A stretch of 64,000 nucleotides of DNA, taken from contig CM052832.1 in assembly GCA_028534125.1 (NCBI GenBank), positions 5,892,001 to 5,956,000 of the forward strand, written 5' to 3'. The notes below the pieces were generated by a model. It was not told the origin of the DNA. It did no database searches and was given only the letters and a program-made list of their open reading frames with translations. Shown one piece after another: positions 24,401 to 39,379 of this stretch. Source of the DNA: Lama glama (Eukaryota). The position numbers were made by a program, and so were the translations under genes. The stretch's first letter is position 1. Each line of letters opens with the position of its first letter.

Positions 24401-27042
24401 ACTACTGTCTGCAAGGATTATTCACAATAAGACTAGAAAAGAAGGGGTCTGTGGTTAGATCCATTTTGACATCAACTCTGGAAATCTGTTCCACTGGCGA
24501 GCCTGGTGTTTTATGGTGAGAGGCCAACAGCTCAGAACCAAACTTCTTTGCACCTCAACCTCGATGACCAGCAAGACTGAGCCTATCGCCATGTGTAGGA
24601 AAAATGTTACTAAAGACCAGGAGGCGGCATTTTCTTTGGCTCCTTTGTTTCAGTTTCTCCTCTTCAACGTGGCTCCACCTTCCCATTGGAGAACCACATG
24701 CCACCACCCGCACCTGTTCCTTCCTGTCAAATTCTCCTCCAAAAAAAAAATGGAGTTGATACATTTCATTGACATAGTAGGATGTTCACAATGTAGTTGG
24801 TGGACAAAAAAAACAAAACAAACAAACAAAAAAAAACGAATTATCAAAGGGTTATGAAGCATTTTCTAAGAGAAAGAAAATTGTAGCAAAAATATATAGA
24901 AAGATCTATGCTGAGGGTTAAAAGTGTTTTATTACGAATCTTGACAGTATAGTTCTCATGTACAGTGATATTAGGGGTCATTTTTTCTTTTTATTTGGGG
25001 GCACTTGACATATTCATTTGCTAATTATGTAACATAAGTAAGTTACCTTTATAATATTTATGGTCTATGTTTTTAATAAAGTATGTGCTACAGATTATTT
25101 ATAACATTAGTGGAAAATTTTACACCCATTCATTCATATATATTTGTGTATAAATGTTGACTGGCCACAGACCACGTGGCAGACCTCTATGGGGTCCACG
25201 AGTGACTTTCCCCAGGGCTTTGCCATCAATGGGATGCCTCACAGGAGCCGAGATAGAAGGGTTTTCTGCCAAGGACTCTATGCACAGCCCTGCGATCTCA
25301 CCACGCAGGAGGCAGCTCACATCTGTGCCCCTGATCGTGTGCCTGGCTCTGCCCTGGATGTCACGACAGGTCCAGAACGCCAGGAGACACCTTGGGGAGC
25401 TTCTCCCCAGAAATTGTGTCTCTTCTCGCTCACGGAGGGTTCTGTAAATTCACTGAGCCTGATGCTCTTCATAATGATTTCTGTCCCGTGTCAGCAGCTG
25501 CCAGGGCTTAACGTGCATCAAGCAGTGACAATACTTACACTAATGCATTGGAAACCAAGCCTGCAGCTTAGAGAAGAGATTTGGATTATCTGGGCACATA
25601 GAAGGATATCGTATTTTCCTTTTAGCCATGAAAAAGGAATTTGCAAGCACTTAGACCTGCAAAGTGGCAGTCAAGAAAAAAATTATAATTTGGGGGCTCA
25701 AGTACTCCCCAGTCCAGGTCTCCAAAGAAGTGACCTTTATCTGTTAGTCAGTGCTAATGGGACCCTTGCCTTCTCTTCAGGAGAAACATCCACAGCCACA
25801 AAGAAAACTAGCGATCAGCCGAGGTTGGCTCTCAAACAGAAATGCACGTACACCCTTCAGGTTTTTCTGCCAGGGTTCAATATAATGCTAGAGAAGAAAA
25901 TAAAATAGTCACAATCTTTGACCCATTTAAACAAGACAGGAAAAGGGAAGGATGAAAGGGTCAGGGAGGGAAAGAGAGAGGAAGTGAAGGAGGGAAAAAG
26001 GAAGGAAAGAACAAGATTTTCTGCTGCAGAACCAAGCCAGCAAGAGAGCAATCAATGCAACTCAGTAGCTTCTAAGCCATGTAAAAAAGGGGCAGAGCTG
26101 TCTGCTGAGAATAATAACCTGCAAATCAATTTATTCCCAAGCAGTTCAGCTTGAAGTAAATTGGCAAGTCTAAGGCAGTGGGAGAATCATAAGCAATAAA
26201 GAGGTCTGCTTAATGCCGCCTTAAATTGTTTGTATTAATTTTTTTAAGTGCCAACTGTCACATAACTCCTATTTCAATCATCTCTCCTCTTCTGAACTTA
26301 TGAGTAATGAGTTTCAAATTCATTTATCCCACATTCTCTCCAACCCACTTTTCCCAGGCAAAAAGAACGAGGTACAAATTTTATACAAGCATCACTATTT
26401 TAATTTCTTGCCCTCAACGCTTTTAAATCACAGAACAAGAACCTCCCCCACACTCCCGCCAACTCAAGTACCAGATGAGGTGGTCCAGCTCTGGCCTGGG
26501 GCTAATTCTCCTCTTTCTCGCCCAGAGGTCCTCCTGTACCCTGTGCCTTAGGGTCCCTTCCTAAGGAAGCAGTCGAATAGCCCAAACCTGTACAGATAAC
26601 AGAGATAGCACATGGCCTAGGGGTTGTTGCAAGAGTGTACAAGAAAATGTAAGCCCCAGAGATGATACGGGAACCTCAGGGTCCTGGTCAGCATCATTAC
26701 AGAGCACCAGACCTGCACACACTTCTCAAAGTGGAAACACTTTTGTCTGCAACCTCATGGTAGACATTTTACTTCCTCTTCCACCCCTCAAATTCTAGTA
26801 TTAAAAGAAACGTGGGTAAAATAAAATAACCTTGCAAATAAAAAAAAAAAAGAATCTGAAATCCTCCCCTTTCGTCCCAAATTCAAGTGCTCCAGGCTCT
26901 GAGCTCACACATCAATACAGATCGTGAGTTGTGATTCATTGCTAGGATGTGGTCCTTGGTAATAATAACGGTCAACATGAGGCACACAGAGAATTTTCAG
27001 CAGCCAGACCTACTCATTCCTTCTCAAAAAGAAAGAAACCTA

Positions 27043-27200
27043 TGGGGAGTGTGGGTATAGCTCAGTGGTAGAGTGTGTGCTTAGCACACATGAAGTCCTG
27101 GGTTCGATCCCCAGTACCTCCATTAAATAAATAAATAAGCAAATAAATAAACCTATTATCTATCCCCCCCAAAAAATTAAGTTAAAAAAAATTTTTAAAA
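27043..27200 (+). mobile_element. tRNA-derived SINE (camelid Vic-1-like)
   Basis: GGGTATAGCTCAGTGGTAGAG...GGTTCGATCCCCAGTACCTCC plus (TAAA)n tail; degenerate flanking duplication. Confidence 0.88.
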
Positions 27201-28897
27201 GAAAGAAAAAAACCATATGATACAAGGTTTTAAAAAAAAAACTGGGAGAAACAAGTTATCTAGACACACAGTTACTTTGGCAGGAAGCTCCAAACACTTC
27301 AGACAGATCAGAGACTGCAGTTTTACCGTCTCTCATTGCCCTCCTGCTTGATGCCTTCCTTGTTTTACGCCTGATCTGAAATTCTGTCTCTGCGATGCCT
27401 TTTAAACATAAGTTGATAAGCATTAGTTGATAGATTTCAGCCTAAACTCAACAGGAGGAAAAAAAAAATCCAATTCAGTTCATCAATTACACAGTGGTTT
27501 TCAGAATAAAGGTTCAGACGGACGGGCTCTAACTTGCCCCTAGTTCTTGCAACCACAAAGGGAAAACGGAGCCATCCCCTACGAGGGAATTAAGACCTAC
27601 TGTCTCTAAGCCCCGTGAATCGTGCCTTGGCAATCCTTAAAATTCCCTTTAACTGACCATTCAACTCAAAGCCCTGTTTTGCCTGACAGTAATCTTGGAA
27701 TTTGTTGTTTCTCAGCCCTTTTGTCCCCATGTTAAAACTCACCAATTTAAGGGCCTGTCAAAAAGAAATTTCTTTCCCTGGGCTTCTCAGGCTGGGTCTG
27801 TTCAAACCTTGCGATGTCTTCCTATTGGTTCTTCAACTGATTTTTAAACAGTATCCAGTGAATGGTATTCACTTTCTAGACTTCCCTGCTCTCTCCACCC
27901 CTCTGCTGAAAGGACCAATCATATCTTTGGGGAAAAAAAAATCTCATCTTATTGAATTATTGAGAAGAGATGCAATTTTTGGAAGCTTAACTTATTGGTG
28001 ATTAAAAACCCAGCAGCTGCTACTGGGCCCTTCTATTGATTAGAAACTAGAATAATGCCATTTGCTGACTGTCCTTTAGACACCATATGCTTGCTTTTTC
28101 CTCTTCAGATTTAAAACAGAAAAATCTCAGATTACTCTTTATGATCAAGAATTAAATCCTAAAGCTTTTTATTCATTGTTTGATTTCTTAGGCTTTTTAC
28201 TTTTTATCAAAACATACTCTCTTCAATTACCTAACATAACTGCCTGAGAAATAACACTAAAATAGAAAAAGAGAAACTTCACACATAATTTTTAAAGCAT
28301 AGACGTTGACACTTTGTCCTGACCTGGTTTACAGCTCTAAAGGTTTGTCAGGACGGAAAATGAGGGTTTTTTCTCTTTGGCATTAAGCATTCGTGAGATC
28401 GAATGTCTAGCACGGATCAAGTACCCTTCCCATAAACGGCACTGTGTTTAGTGTTTCACATGCATTGTTCCATCACAGTTCAGAGGCAATAATGCTACAA
28501 AGTAGGTTATGGTCATTATCGCTATTCTATCAATAAGAATACAGACTTGAAGAAGTCCATCAGCTCACGCAAGGTTACACTATTTCCTTCTCAGTAGAAG
28601 CTCATTAAATGCTTATGAATTGAATCAATGAACAAACCCTGAACCCAAACACAACATCGCTTCAAGTATGTTTTCATGGACAAAAGTGGGAAATGGTATT
28701 TATTTTAGAGGGGAAAAAAAGGTTATGTGTCAATAAACAGAATCATTTTAGGCAAGCCTCCTGAAAGGTAACAAGATTATTTCAGCCTACCCCCCCCACC
28801 AAAGAAATATTCCCAGATTTTCCAATATAATCTCAGTTTTAAATATCTTATCCCCTATCAACACTATAGCTGTGCTTTTCCAATCCAAGGATCCCAT

Positions 28898-29465
28898 GTT
28901 TTAATTTCAGCTTCATTGAGGTAGCCCTGATGTATAAAATTATAAGATGTTTGAAGTGTGTATCATGGTGATTTGAAATCACATCGTGAAAGGATTCCAC
29001 TCTGCTGAGTTAATGAACACAGTCATCTCCTCCCATGTTTATCTTTTTTTTCTTCTTCTTTCTTTTGGTGAAAACATTTCAGTTCTACTCTCTTGGCAAA
29101 TTTCTATTATACAATACAGTGTTCTCAACTGTAGCCACCATGTTATAGCTGAAAGTTTGTACTCTTTTACCAGCCTCTCCTTATTTCCCCCAACCCCCAG
29201 CCCTGGCTACCACTTTTCCACTTTCTGTTTTCACAAGTTTGACTTTTTTTCTCTGAGAGTTCACATGTAAGTGGTACTATGCGGTACTTGTCTTTGTCTG
29301 GCTTATTTCACTTAGCATAATGCCCTCAAGGTCCACCCACGTTGTTGCAAAATGATTTCCTTCTTTCTCTTGGCTGAATAGTAGTCTGTTGCACACATAC
29401 ACACTTCTTTTTATCTATTCATCTTTTGATGGGTACTTAGGTTGTTTCCCTGTCTTGGCTATTGA
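28898..29465 (-). mobile_element. Older LINE-1 3' end (L1MA/MB-like)
   Basis: Antisense L1 3' motifs: GGCTTATTTCACTTAGCATAATGCCCTCAAGGTCCA, GGCTGAATAGTAGTC, CTTAGGTTGTTTCC. Confidence 0.85.
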
Positions 29466-32400
29466 TATGATCCTTCTTTTGAAAATATTCTTAACGTAAA
29501 TCGTGCTTCACTTCACCCACTTACCCTCCACCTGGAGATCAGATACCTTGTTTTCCAAAGCCTGGATCTGGAGGACAGATTTGTCTTTCTTGGAGATGTG
29601 TGATTTATTTTTTAAAACTTAAAGATCATTATGTCTCTCCAAAGAAAGACGTTGAAATGAGAAAAGTGATGAAGAGCTGCTTACATGGAGGGAGGGGACG
29701 AACAGTACAAAGAACACTGACTTTTTAAATTTGCATGTGGATTCTCTACCAGCGTCAGACCCCGCCTTATGTATAGATTCGCTCTCGTCACAAAATGAAA
29801 TCTGAGTGTGGATTCAGCAGACCCAGGTTCCAGGATTAGTTACATTTTACAATCTGTATGAAAAGCTAACTAATGGCCACAGAAAGTCAGAGTTAGGTGT
29901 CCAAGGAGAGGCTCAAATGCTGGAACTCCAAAGAGAAAGACACCAATGTTTTGGAAGATGATGGCATCTTCCATGCATTATTATAATGTCCATATAACTA
30001 TACAGGTAATAGCTTTTTAAAATAAAGAAGATCAGTTTTCCTACCATGAGCCAGCAAACCTACTGGGTTCTGGGGATACAACCTTAAAATGACAGATAAA
30101 ATTTGTTCTTGCCTTCACAGAGTTTCCATATTAATGGAGATGCAAGGTCACTACACAAAATTTATTTAATTACAATTGAGATAAGTACCTGTCCAATAAA
30201 CATTAATAGGAATTATACGTGTCTCCAAAAATCTTGTGGCAGGAAGTCCATCTATTTTAGAAATGGGCCAAGGGATGTGAGAGGACGTGCTTGGTAAGGG
30301 TACTGAGGTACGTAAAAGCATTAAACCCAAGACAAGGGCTCTTGTATCAGTTCCAGCCCCCAGCCTCTGCTGGGACCCCCTCAAGACAAGAAACCTGTGA
30401 AACGCATCTCACACATTTCAGGGTCTCAGCCAAAATGATCTCAAGGTCACCCCCAGGACAACAGTGGTTCCCAGCATCTGGTCCACTGACCCGTGTTCCC
30501 TTGTTACCTATTCCCAAGTAATCTTCAACTTCTCCTTTATAAAACTGGAGACTATCTTTTTAATGTGTGTCTCTTCAGCCTGACACAAACATTCATGACA
30601 ACAGGGATGACGTCTCTTGGTCACCAAGAGTGTCCCCAGAACCAGGCACGGCATCAGAAGCACGCTCAGTAGGCACTCATTAAATACTTGTTGCATGAAT
30701 CAATCAATGAAAAGGGGGACGTCCCATGTGAGAACTGGAACCAAGAGCCGAAGAATCCGGATGACACGGCAGAGGTCCTGCACAGAGAGACAAACAGTGT
30801 TGACTGTTCCCTCATGAAAAAAAAACAAAGAAAAGAGTAGGAAGTTAAGTTGACTTTTGTCTCTTCTCTCTTGCTCCCACATTCTTCAGATGATCAGTCA
30901 TGGTGTTATGTTTTTAATCCTTCAATACAACTTTTTATCTGGAGCTCTGGGGCTCCTGATTTTGATAAAGGAAGATTTTCTCAATCATTTATTTGTCCTT
31001 AATCTTCTTTGTCTGTCATTTTGACTTAACACCAATAATACTCAAGCAGATGGTTGTAGGCTAATGCTGCTCCCCCTGGGATTTAACATATAAACTTGGG
31101 CATTAGGAAAGATGCAGAATTACTCCTCCTTTTAGATAAGAAACGCAATCACTGTTAAAATCCATCTCGATGAATGTTTTCTCTACACAGGAAGCAAAAA
31201 ATCCTATGCATCAACTAAACCAAAATAATCCAACTCGTCAGTTGATCTACCATAAATAATATACCTTGCATTTTTTCCCCAGAATATTAGCTTGTATCCA
31301 GGTCCCTGGGTCCATGCCTTTGAAAGACTGCTTCTATCTTAGCTGGGAACAAATTTGAATTTATCTAAATCATCTTAAAGGATGTACAATTATTATTTTG
31401 ACTATCCCTGCCCCGTAACAAATTCTTGATAAGTAAATTAGTGTAACATTAAAGTTTTATTACGGCTAATTTTTTTTTTAATATTCCTTATTTCCTTTTC
31501 AGGGCCTTTCTCCTTTCTCTGACTAGAAGGCTCATATTCCAGGTCTCTTCAAGGATTTTTCTCCCATTTCCTTCATACCCGACTCCAATGACCCCTTGAC
31601 AGTGTCCACCCTCTGTATAACTGTCCAGCTCTCTGCCAGGTGTGACTCAGGGAGGAAGAATCTAATCTTCCTGAGTTTAAGGAGCTTGACTGGGGAGTTA
31701 AAAGAAGGCAGAAAAATACCATCTCTAAAGAAGCAATAAAGCAACCAGTCAAGTTTACCGGAATTCCTTGAAGCTTTTCTCTTCAAAGCTTTTGCTAATT
31801 CGTAAGTAATGAGGGCAAAAGGAGGCTCAGAAGCTGAGTGAGAACTAGATAACAGGAGAAAATTTGAGCAGAATCTCCAGCAGTCTCAAGTGGCTAGAAA
31901 AAAATGTATTTGAGTTGAGGGCTACCACTGCAATCAGGAACTGAGCAACAAAAATCCTGCGGAACAGAGAAGCACAGAAAAGTGAACTTGACGCCTAAGG
32001 TCAACAAAGAGTGCCTGCTAAAAGCTGAAAATCCAGGCAAAATTACTAGCAAGATCATTGTGCTGAGCAGATAAATCTGAAGTTACCTGTCTGCTTATTT
32101 ACAGGGATACTGATAAGCAATCCAAGGCTTCAGAAGGACTGCATCCTAGAAATTAAGGTTAGGAGGAAATAGATCAGGTCTTTAAAAAGACTGGGGAAAA
32201 AAAAAAGCTTACAATCAGTCTAAGCCCTGACTGACTGAAGACAACCTTCTATTGTCTGCAGGAAGATAACCAACCAGAGCCTCTACTGTATTTCTTGCGC
32301 CAAGGCTGGTATTCAATCAAAAATTACTAGATATAATTTTCAAGAAAAAAGAAAAGATACAGAGCAGATGATAAAAATAAAGAGATACAGATACTGGAAT

Positions 32401-32899
32401 TAATAAACAGTCATTTTTCTTAAAAGTCTGTGATTTACACGTTCAGAACTGAATCACAAGGTAAAGAATTTCACCAGAGAACTAGAATCAGTAAAAAGAA
32501 GCATTAAATGGAAATTCGAGAACTGAGAAATACAATAACTGGAAGTAGAAACGCAGTAGATAAGTCAAAGAGCAAATTAGACAATAACATAGCTTCAAAT
32601 ATATAACGCTGACAGGTTTAAAAAGGAGAAATAGTTTCCTAATTGCAGTGGGACATCTTCACATACTCTCTCTCCATTTTTGATTGAACAAATGCAAAAA
32701 AATAGTTGAAGAATATAAAATTCTGCTATCCAACTTAATAGCCATAAAACAACTTGAGTATTGCATAACATAGAAAACCATTTTCAGATAGACGTATGAA
32801 ACCATAAAGTATAATTTTAGATATGGAAACTTTGCTAGGAAGTCACGAGAAAAGCCCTCAAAAGATACTTGGCAAAAAGTAAACGATCTTTGATTAAGC

Positions 32900-34155
32900 C
32901 ACCAAACCATGGCCCCTAAAATACAATACCTTTCTAACAATATTAAAGATTAATTAATTGAAAATTTGAAAAAACGCAATACTTCTCTTTAGTTTTAATG
33001 AATTGTATAATGCATGTTGAAAATATTTGTGCTCACCTCTCTGAAGCAGTCTCTAAGAAAAGTGTCATGCATACAGTTATCAAAATTGTTCAGTATGTAT
33101 GTATATATGTATATGCAATTCATGAACCTACGGAAAGAAATAAAATACAGTGAGGTTAGTTATCTTGTGTTCTTTGCCAATGTTCATTGGTTGAATTGTG
33201 GCAGACTCTTAAAAATATTTATTACATTGTTAACTCCAGTTAAAGGTTTTCTTGAAACAAAAGGAATGCCTTTTAAATGCCCAGGAATCAAAGACAAAAA
33301 AATCAGGAGTTTGATGTATGTTTCTTCACTGGTGTCACACTGCATATGAATGAGCTAAATTTTCAAGTTCCAAGGAAAGAAAAAGCTTATTGTAACCTAG
33401 CTAGATAGGTAAGACAATTTACGTTAACATCAGAACTTTGTATAATACAAGTCAGTATTAGTTATTTTACATATTTCTCTCGTGTAAATCAACATAAAGC
33501 AGATTTTAATTGTAACTGACAATATTACATAAACTGGCTGCAAAACAATACAGGAAAATTCAAATGAAGCTTTTTCGATGTTGATTCATTTTAAATTGCT
33601 TTTCAACTTTAAAAATATGCTTTTGAAGTTGATGTTAACTGCACTGAGTTTGCACAAAACTTAGCAAATTTATTACACTTGAACAGATGTCATTTTGAAA
33701 ATTACATGCTTTTATTTAGAAAGTTAGATCAAGCATTCTAAAACAGATAAACCAGCTTTATTGATGTACATTTAAAAGAAAGTGATACTTTGGCACTTGA
33801 TTCAGGTATTGAAAATATTAAATTTGTTTGGAACCGTGTGGATATATGAGTCTGCATCTACTTTTCCAACAGTTAAGTTTTATGAAATCTAACTCGGGAT
33901 CAGAATTTAGCACTTGCATTGAGATGCGCTGTAATTACAAAATACATCAGATATTTAAGGCTAAACATGAGAAAACTCTCATTAATAACTTAACATGAAT
34001 TACACATTGAAATGATAATGTTTTGAGTATATTGTAGTAAGTAAAATGTATGGCTAAAATTGATTTCACCTGTTGTTTTGCTTTGTAATGTGACAACTAG
34101 AAAATTTAAAGTAAGAATTACATATGTGAATAGCATTCCATTGGGTTGTCCTGAT
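32900..34155. mobile_element. Degenerate hAT Charlie1-like DNA transposon within old L1 debris (about 32.3-34.6 kb); boundaries approximate
   Basis: AT-rich; TTGAGATGCGCTGTAA...AAATGATAATGTTTTG...ACTAGAAAATTTAAA...TTACATATGTG motif series typical of Charlie1/MER33 ends. Confidence 0.55.
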
Positions 34156-36374
34156 ATAAACCATTTGAATAGCAAGAATGATCAACTGAACCTAATTAAC
34201 GTGTACGGAAGACTGCATTCAGTGACTACAGAACACACATATTTTCATGTGTACCTGGAACATTTACCAAAACTGATCAGGCACTGGGCTCTAAAACTGG
34301 TCCAGCAACTTTCAAAGAATTGAAATCACCAACATTATGTCCTAAAGCTTCTATTTGCTGTGCATTTATAATGGTGAGAAAAACACAAGAAATAAAAATA
34401 CCTAATGCCCATATAATCCTCGAGGGAACAAAACTACGCCAGGTGGTTATGTGTTACATAATCATTAAAATGGAAAGTACAAAAAACACAAAGCTACATG
34501 GGAGAAATAAATGGTGCATAAAAACATACAACTCAAAATAGTATACATGACCTACATACATGTAAAAAATATGTATTTCACAAATAATATTATACAAAAG
34601 GACCTTATAAAGTACATTAGATATCATTTTCAATAAAATTGTTAAATACTGTTTTTTAAATATTTTTTTAAGTATGCTTTTTATTAGCTTGGAAAAGTGA
34701 GATTTTTACTTAATTACATTCTCCAGACATGAGAGAGTGATGAATAACACTGTAATTTGAACTTTACAATCAGATCAACTTACTGCTAATTCACATGGGT
34801 GGGACTTCTGAAATGACCATCTACTATTTACCCACAAGACAACAGAAATTTCTACCTCCGGAATATAACCGTGGAATTGGCTTTGTTTCGTTCATTAACA
34901 TTGAACTGTCTGAAATTCATTACCAAAGCAACTTTACGATTCACAAATAAATAAAATATATTTTCTTTTACTTCTGAGCCAATTGGTAGATAGTTGAAAA
35001 GGATTTTCTTCTTTTCATTTTCTCTTTATTTTTTTAGAAAATAAAATAGAAGCTACTTTTAGAAAAGGAAATGAACCATTCAGGTTCATTTGGGTTCAAA
35101 ACATGCAGAAATAGGATAGGAAATAAACCATTATAAAAACTGACACTTGCCTTTATATTTACACGTTCAGTACTTGTTTCGCAAAGACCAAGAACGTGTG
35201 AATATTGTCCACCAGTTGGCTGATTTAGAAGAACTGTGCTCTACAAAGTCCCTAGTAGCCTAAACTTTTAATTGGAAGCTAAAAAGAAATCATTTGCAGT
35301 AATCAGAAAGTTCAATATTATAAGTAAAAAGGCTAATAAGCAAGGTGCCATCAAAAAGCTATATTTATTTAAAGAACAAGGATTAAATTGGCTTACTAGG
35401 GAGAGTAAAGTGAATTACAGTAAACTTCCCGTGGTCACCAGGCTCCCATTAATGCGTGGGCAGAGTCTTTAGCAAGAACCAGATTTCCCTTCCTCCCTGT
35501 AACTTCAGGATGGTGAAGATCAGGTTGCTCTGTTTTCTCACTCTCCCTCCCTCTGGCCTTGGCATTTTATCAATATTTTTCCTCGCCTTATTTTCTAATT
35601 TATATTTTTATTTTGTTGTCTTCTTCCTTTAGACTACCTCAGATCCTTTGTGAAATAGCATGGTCATTGATGAAGAAGAAATTCAAAATGAATAGGATAA
35701 ATAAACCTTCGATGTGCCTACTTTCTCTATTGTCAGGACCCTGTTACACAGCCCATTCCTGCCGCTTCTCAATAAATCACTCTTCAATTTCTCTCTCCTT
35801 CACCTGTATCTTATATTACAAGTTAATGACTATGGTGATTTCCACCATGATGGCTAACGCCTCCTCTTGAATTCGCTCATTCATTTTTTTATTCACAAGC
35901 GTAGGAGGCCTAGTGGAAAGTCATAAAGCGCACGGCCTGGTCCCTGGCCTCTGATCGCGGGAAGGTGCCGGCCCTGTGCTCTACGGGCCCTGTACATCCC
36001 TTACTCACTCTCCACTGCCCTGGGGGTCTGAGCCTTAAGCGAGGAAGTGAAAGTCAGGCTGGAGCTCACTGAACAGGCAGTCATCACAGGTAGACTGGTG
36101 AACTGGAAATCTCATGTATCAGAGTTAGCCAAAAGCAGAATAAAGGATGCTTACAACACATCACAAGATAAACTGAACCAGACTACCAGTGAAATAACAG
36201 GAAAGAAAAAAATCAAAGTGGAGACAAGAACTCATTGCTGGTGACTTTGAATCAGAAGATCATTCTTGGAAATTATTGGAAATTGGCATTCCAGGAAAGA
36301 ATGTATGAATGTCATCTGAATATCGGAATACTTTTTAGATATTTCTGACTTGCACGATGTTATTAAGAACAAAT

Positions 36375-36545
36375 GTGCACTGTATGGCACAGGGAACTAT
36401 ATTCAACATCTTGTAGTAGCTTATGGTGAAAAAGAATATGAAAACAAATATATGTGTATATTCATGTATGACCGAAGCACAGTGCTGGACACCAGAAGTT
36501 GACACAATATTGTAAGCTGACTATACTTCAATAAAAAAAGATTAA
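36375..36545 (+). mobile_element. LINE-1 3'UTR fragment
   Basis: GCACAGGGAACTATATTCAACATCTTGTAG...CTATACTTCAATAAAAAAA. Confidence 0.82.
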
Positions 36546-37631
36546 GTGAAACAAAGTAATAAATAATAATAGTCTTTCTATCTGTAAGATGGCATCATCA
36601 GTGCAGCCTGGCATGATAAAAACAAATCTAAAGGACAATTCTGAACATCTCCCTGCTAGTGACGTGTACACAGTTATACTAATTACTATCTGTTCTGCAG
36701 CCAAGACCTTCTCAGTAATTCCAGGCAGAGGATGGAAGCAAGGACATCTTTTTGCGATGTGCCGTGCCTTTGTCTATGGCCTCACAAGTGACGAGGATTC
36801 GGAAGCCAACTTTGTAACCTCTCTTCAAAGGCATTCGTGAGTCTGCAGTTAGAGCAGTCATCCTGCACTCTGAATCAGCAGATACCCGGGTCCACTTTAT
36901 CATGGGGTCAATACTCTCGTCCCTGCCTTCTTGGATTTCATTAAACTTACTGTGAAGCAAACAAATCAAAATGGACTGCTCCCTGAAGAAAGCCAAAAAA
37001 GTATTGATAGCTGCATCAAGTAAATTGACAAGATGCTCTCACCTACAGTCGTTCATCGAAGGTGCAAACCCTGCTCTTAAATCTTCATAGTTAGCAACCT
37101 GGCTAAAACCAGGTCATACGTGGGAGGAGACGGCAAGCCGCCCCTTGGTGCTCCGGGCATGTGCACTGGACACTGGCTTGATTTTCTCCAAAGTGTTCAC
37201 ACCATGTAAAATACCAAAATTAATATAATTGGCATGAATTAATATTAGCAAGAACAGCTTAATGCAAAACAAAGCATAACTGTACCAAATCAGAGACCCA
37301 TAAGATACAAAGCAATAATTTCCTCTTGTCCAAAATGCGAATGATAATTATTCATGTTTTTCCTCTGAAACATAATTACTAAAGTCATGGCTAATTATTA
37401 AATTTTACCTTTAAGACTTCGAAGAAAAAAGATATTTTGAAGAAACAGTAATGATTGATTGTCCTTGTAAGACCTCCATAAGGTTTTCTAAAAGGGGTGC
37501 CCCATAGTTTGCACACTTATGTGGACTTACACCTTCCCAGAAGTAGCTAATGCCATGGAAAGTATTTATAAAACACTGCCTTGTTCCTGACACATGAAGT
37601 CCACTGAAATCTGCTTTTCTCTGTTTACGAC

Positions 37632-37938
37632 TTAATAAGAAAAAAATAAACAACCCAATCCAAAAATGGGCAGAAGAACTAAATAAGCAATTCTCCAAGG
37701 AAGACATACAAATGATCAAAAGGCACATGAAAAAATGCTCAATATCACTAATTATCAGAGAAATGCAAATCAAAACTACAATGAGGTACCACCTCACCTG
37801 TCAGAATGGCCGTCATTCAAAAGTCCACAAATGACAAATGCTGGAGAGGCTGTGGAGAAAGGGGAACCCTCCTACACTGCTGGTGGGAATGCAGTTTGGT
37901 GCAGACACTGTGGAAAACAGTATGGAGATTCCTCAGAA
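37632..37938 (+). mobile_element. LINE-1 ORF2 internal fragment
   Basis: Encodes [22 protein letters not shown]...[22 protein letters not shown], the recognisable L1 ORF2 C-terminal region. Confidence 0.92.
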
Positions 37939-38380
37939 GCAACTAACTTTTTAAAGCCAGAAATTTGCTATACATTTTGATATTGATGTCATTAGGGTTT
38001 TTTTCACCTTTACTGAGATATAATTGATACACACCGTGTGTAAGTTGAAGGTGTGCAATGTGACCATTTGATCCACACGTCTTTAGTTTGCAAACTGAGG
38101 ATACCATAACCAAAAAACAAATAAACAACAACAAGAAAGAGTAACACCGATCTTTCACCTTTGGCCATTTGAGTTTAGAAATGTTTCATGACTTCACTGA
38201 ATCTCAGTTTCCTCAGTAGGGACTTCCTAATAAACACATTCCCTTATGCTTTCTTTCCTCAATCATGCAAAACTCCTGATGAAAACTTTTCTGAACCATC
38301 AGGACATGAAGATGAGTTCACTAATCAGCAGTTCTGCAAACTACATGTTAGAACAGACAATCAAATTATATTTCATCTTT

Positions 38381-38745
38381 TGTGGTAAGACTGGGTAACA
38401 GCTCCCCAAACATGCCCATGTCCTAATCCCCCAGATCTGTGCCTGTGTTACCTAACGTGGCCACAGACATTTTGCAAATGTCATTAAGTTAAGGATCCTG
38501 AGCTTAAAAGGAGGCAGGAGGATTAGAGAGAGAGGAGATACGCTGATAAAGCAGAGATCAAAGAGGGGAAGGTGTGAAGATGCTTCACAGCTGGCTTTGC
38601 AGATGCAGAAAAGGACCACCAGCTATGGAAAGCAGGCAGCCCCTTGATGCTAGGAAAGGGAAGGGAAGCACCTCTCCTCTGGAGCCTCCAGGAGGAATGC
38701 AGCCCTGCTAACACCTTGCTTTGAGGACTTCTGACATCCACACTA
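38381..38745 (+). mobile_element. MaLR solo LTR (MLT1-like)
   Basis: TGTGGTA...CCATGTCCTAATCCC...TGTTACCT...ATTAAGTTAAGGATC...GAGCCTCCAGGAGGAATGCAGCCCTGCTAACACCTTG. Confidence 0.82.
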
Positions 38746-39007
38746 TGTACCTTTTCTGAATAATTGAAGCCATCCCCTTTATAGCCTCCTTATTTCAGAG
38801 ATCTTAATATTTCTGGTGGGAAGTTTTGGGTCATGTATTCCGTGTTTCTACCCATCATTAGACTAGGAGTCAATACACACGATTTGTCGGGTAATTTGAC
38901 ATTAGTCACACACTTGAGCCCTTTGCATGTCTGATCCTCACCCATAAACTGGAAATAAAATTTTATACTCTGGCTACACATGAGGTATTTTGCAAGGGGC
39001 AAATGAG

Positions 39008-39010
<3 letters not shown>

Positions 39011-39044
<34 letters not shown>
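39011..39044. repeat. (AT)n microsatellite
   Basis: Directly visible. Confidence 0.95.
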
Positions 39045-39048
<4 letters not shown>

Positions 39049-39379
39049 GCATCTTCTGAACTGGAAAGTACTAGACAAAAATAAGAGACGTTAGCTGCTA
39101 TATTCTAGGCGACTCAAGGCTTTTGTTGTAAACATCAGTATTTGTTGGATGCTGGGATAAGTGACACCTTTTGAATTGTCTAACTACTTGGTGCTTCTTG
39201 GTCCTCACTTTACAGGCCTGTGTGCCTTGCTTTTGTGAGTTCTGAAGTCTTCTTTTCAGAATCCAGGCTGTGATTGTTAAATAAACATAAAAGATGCAAA
39301 ATATACACGCATGCACATAGATATATGTAGACACACACACACCCCTTCTATTTTTGTTTATTATCAACGTTTTAATTTT

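Noticed and set aside
25144..25908. 254-aa plus-strand ORF
   Set aside because: Non-ATG start, no recognisable domain and no exon structure; consistent with a chance ORF.
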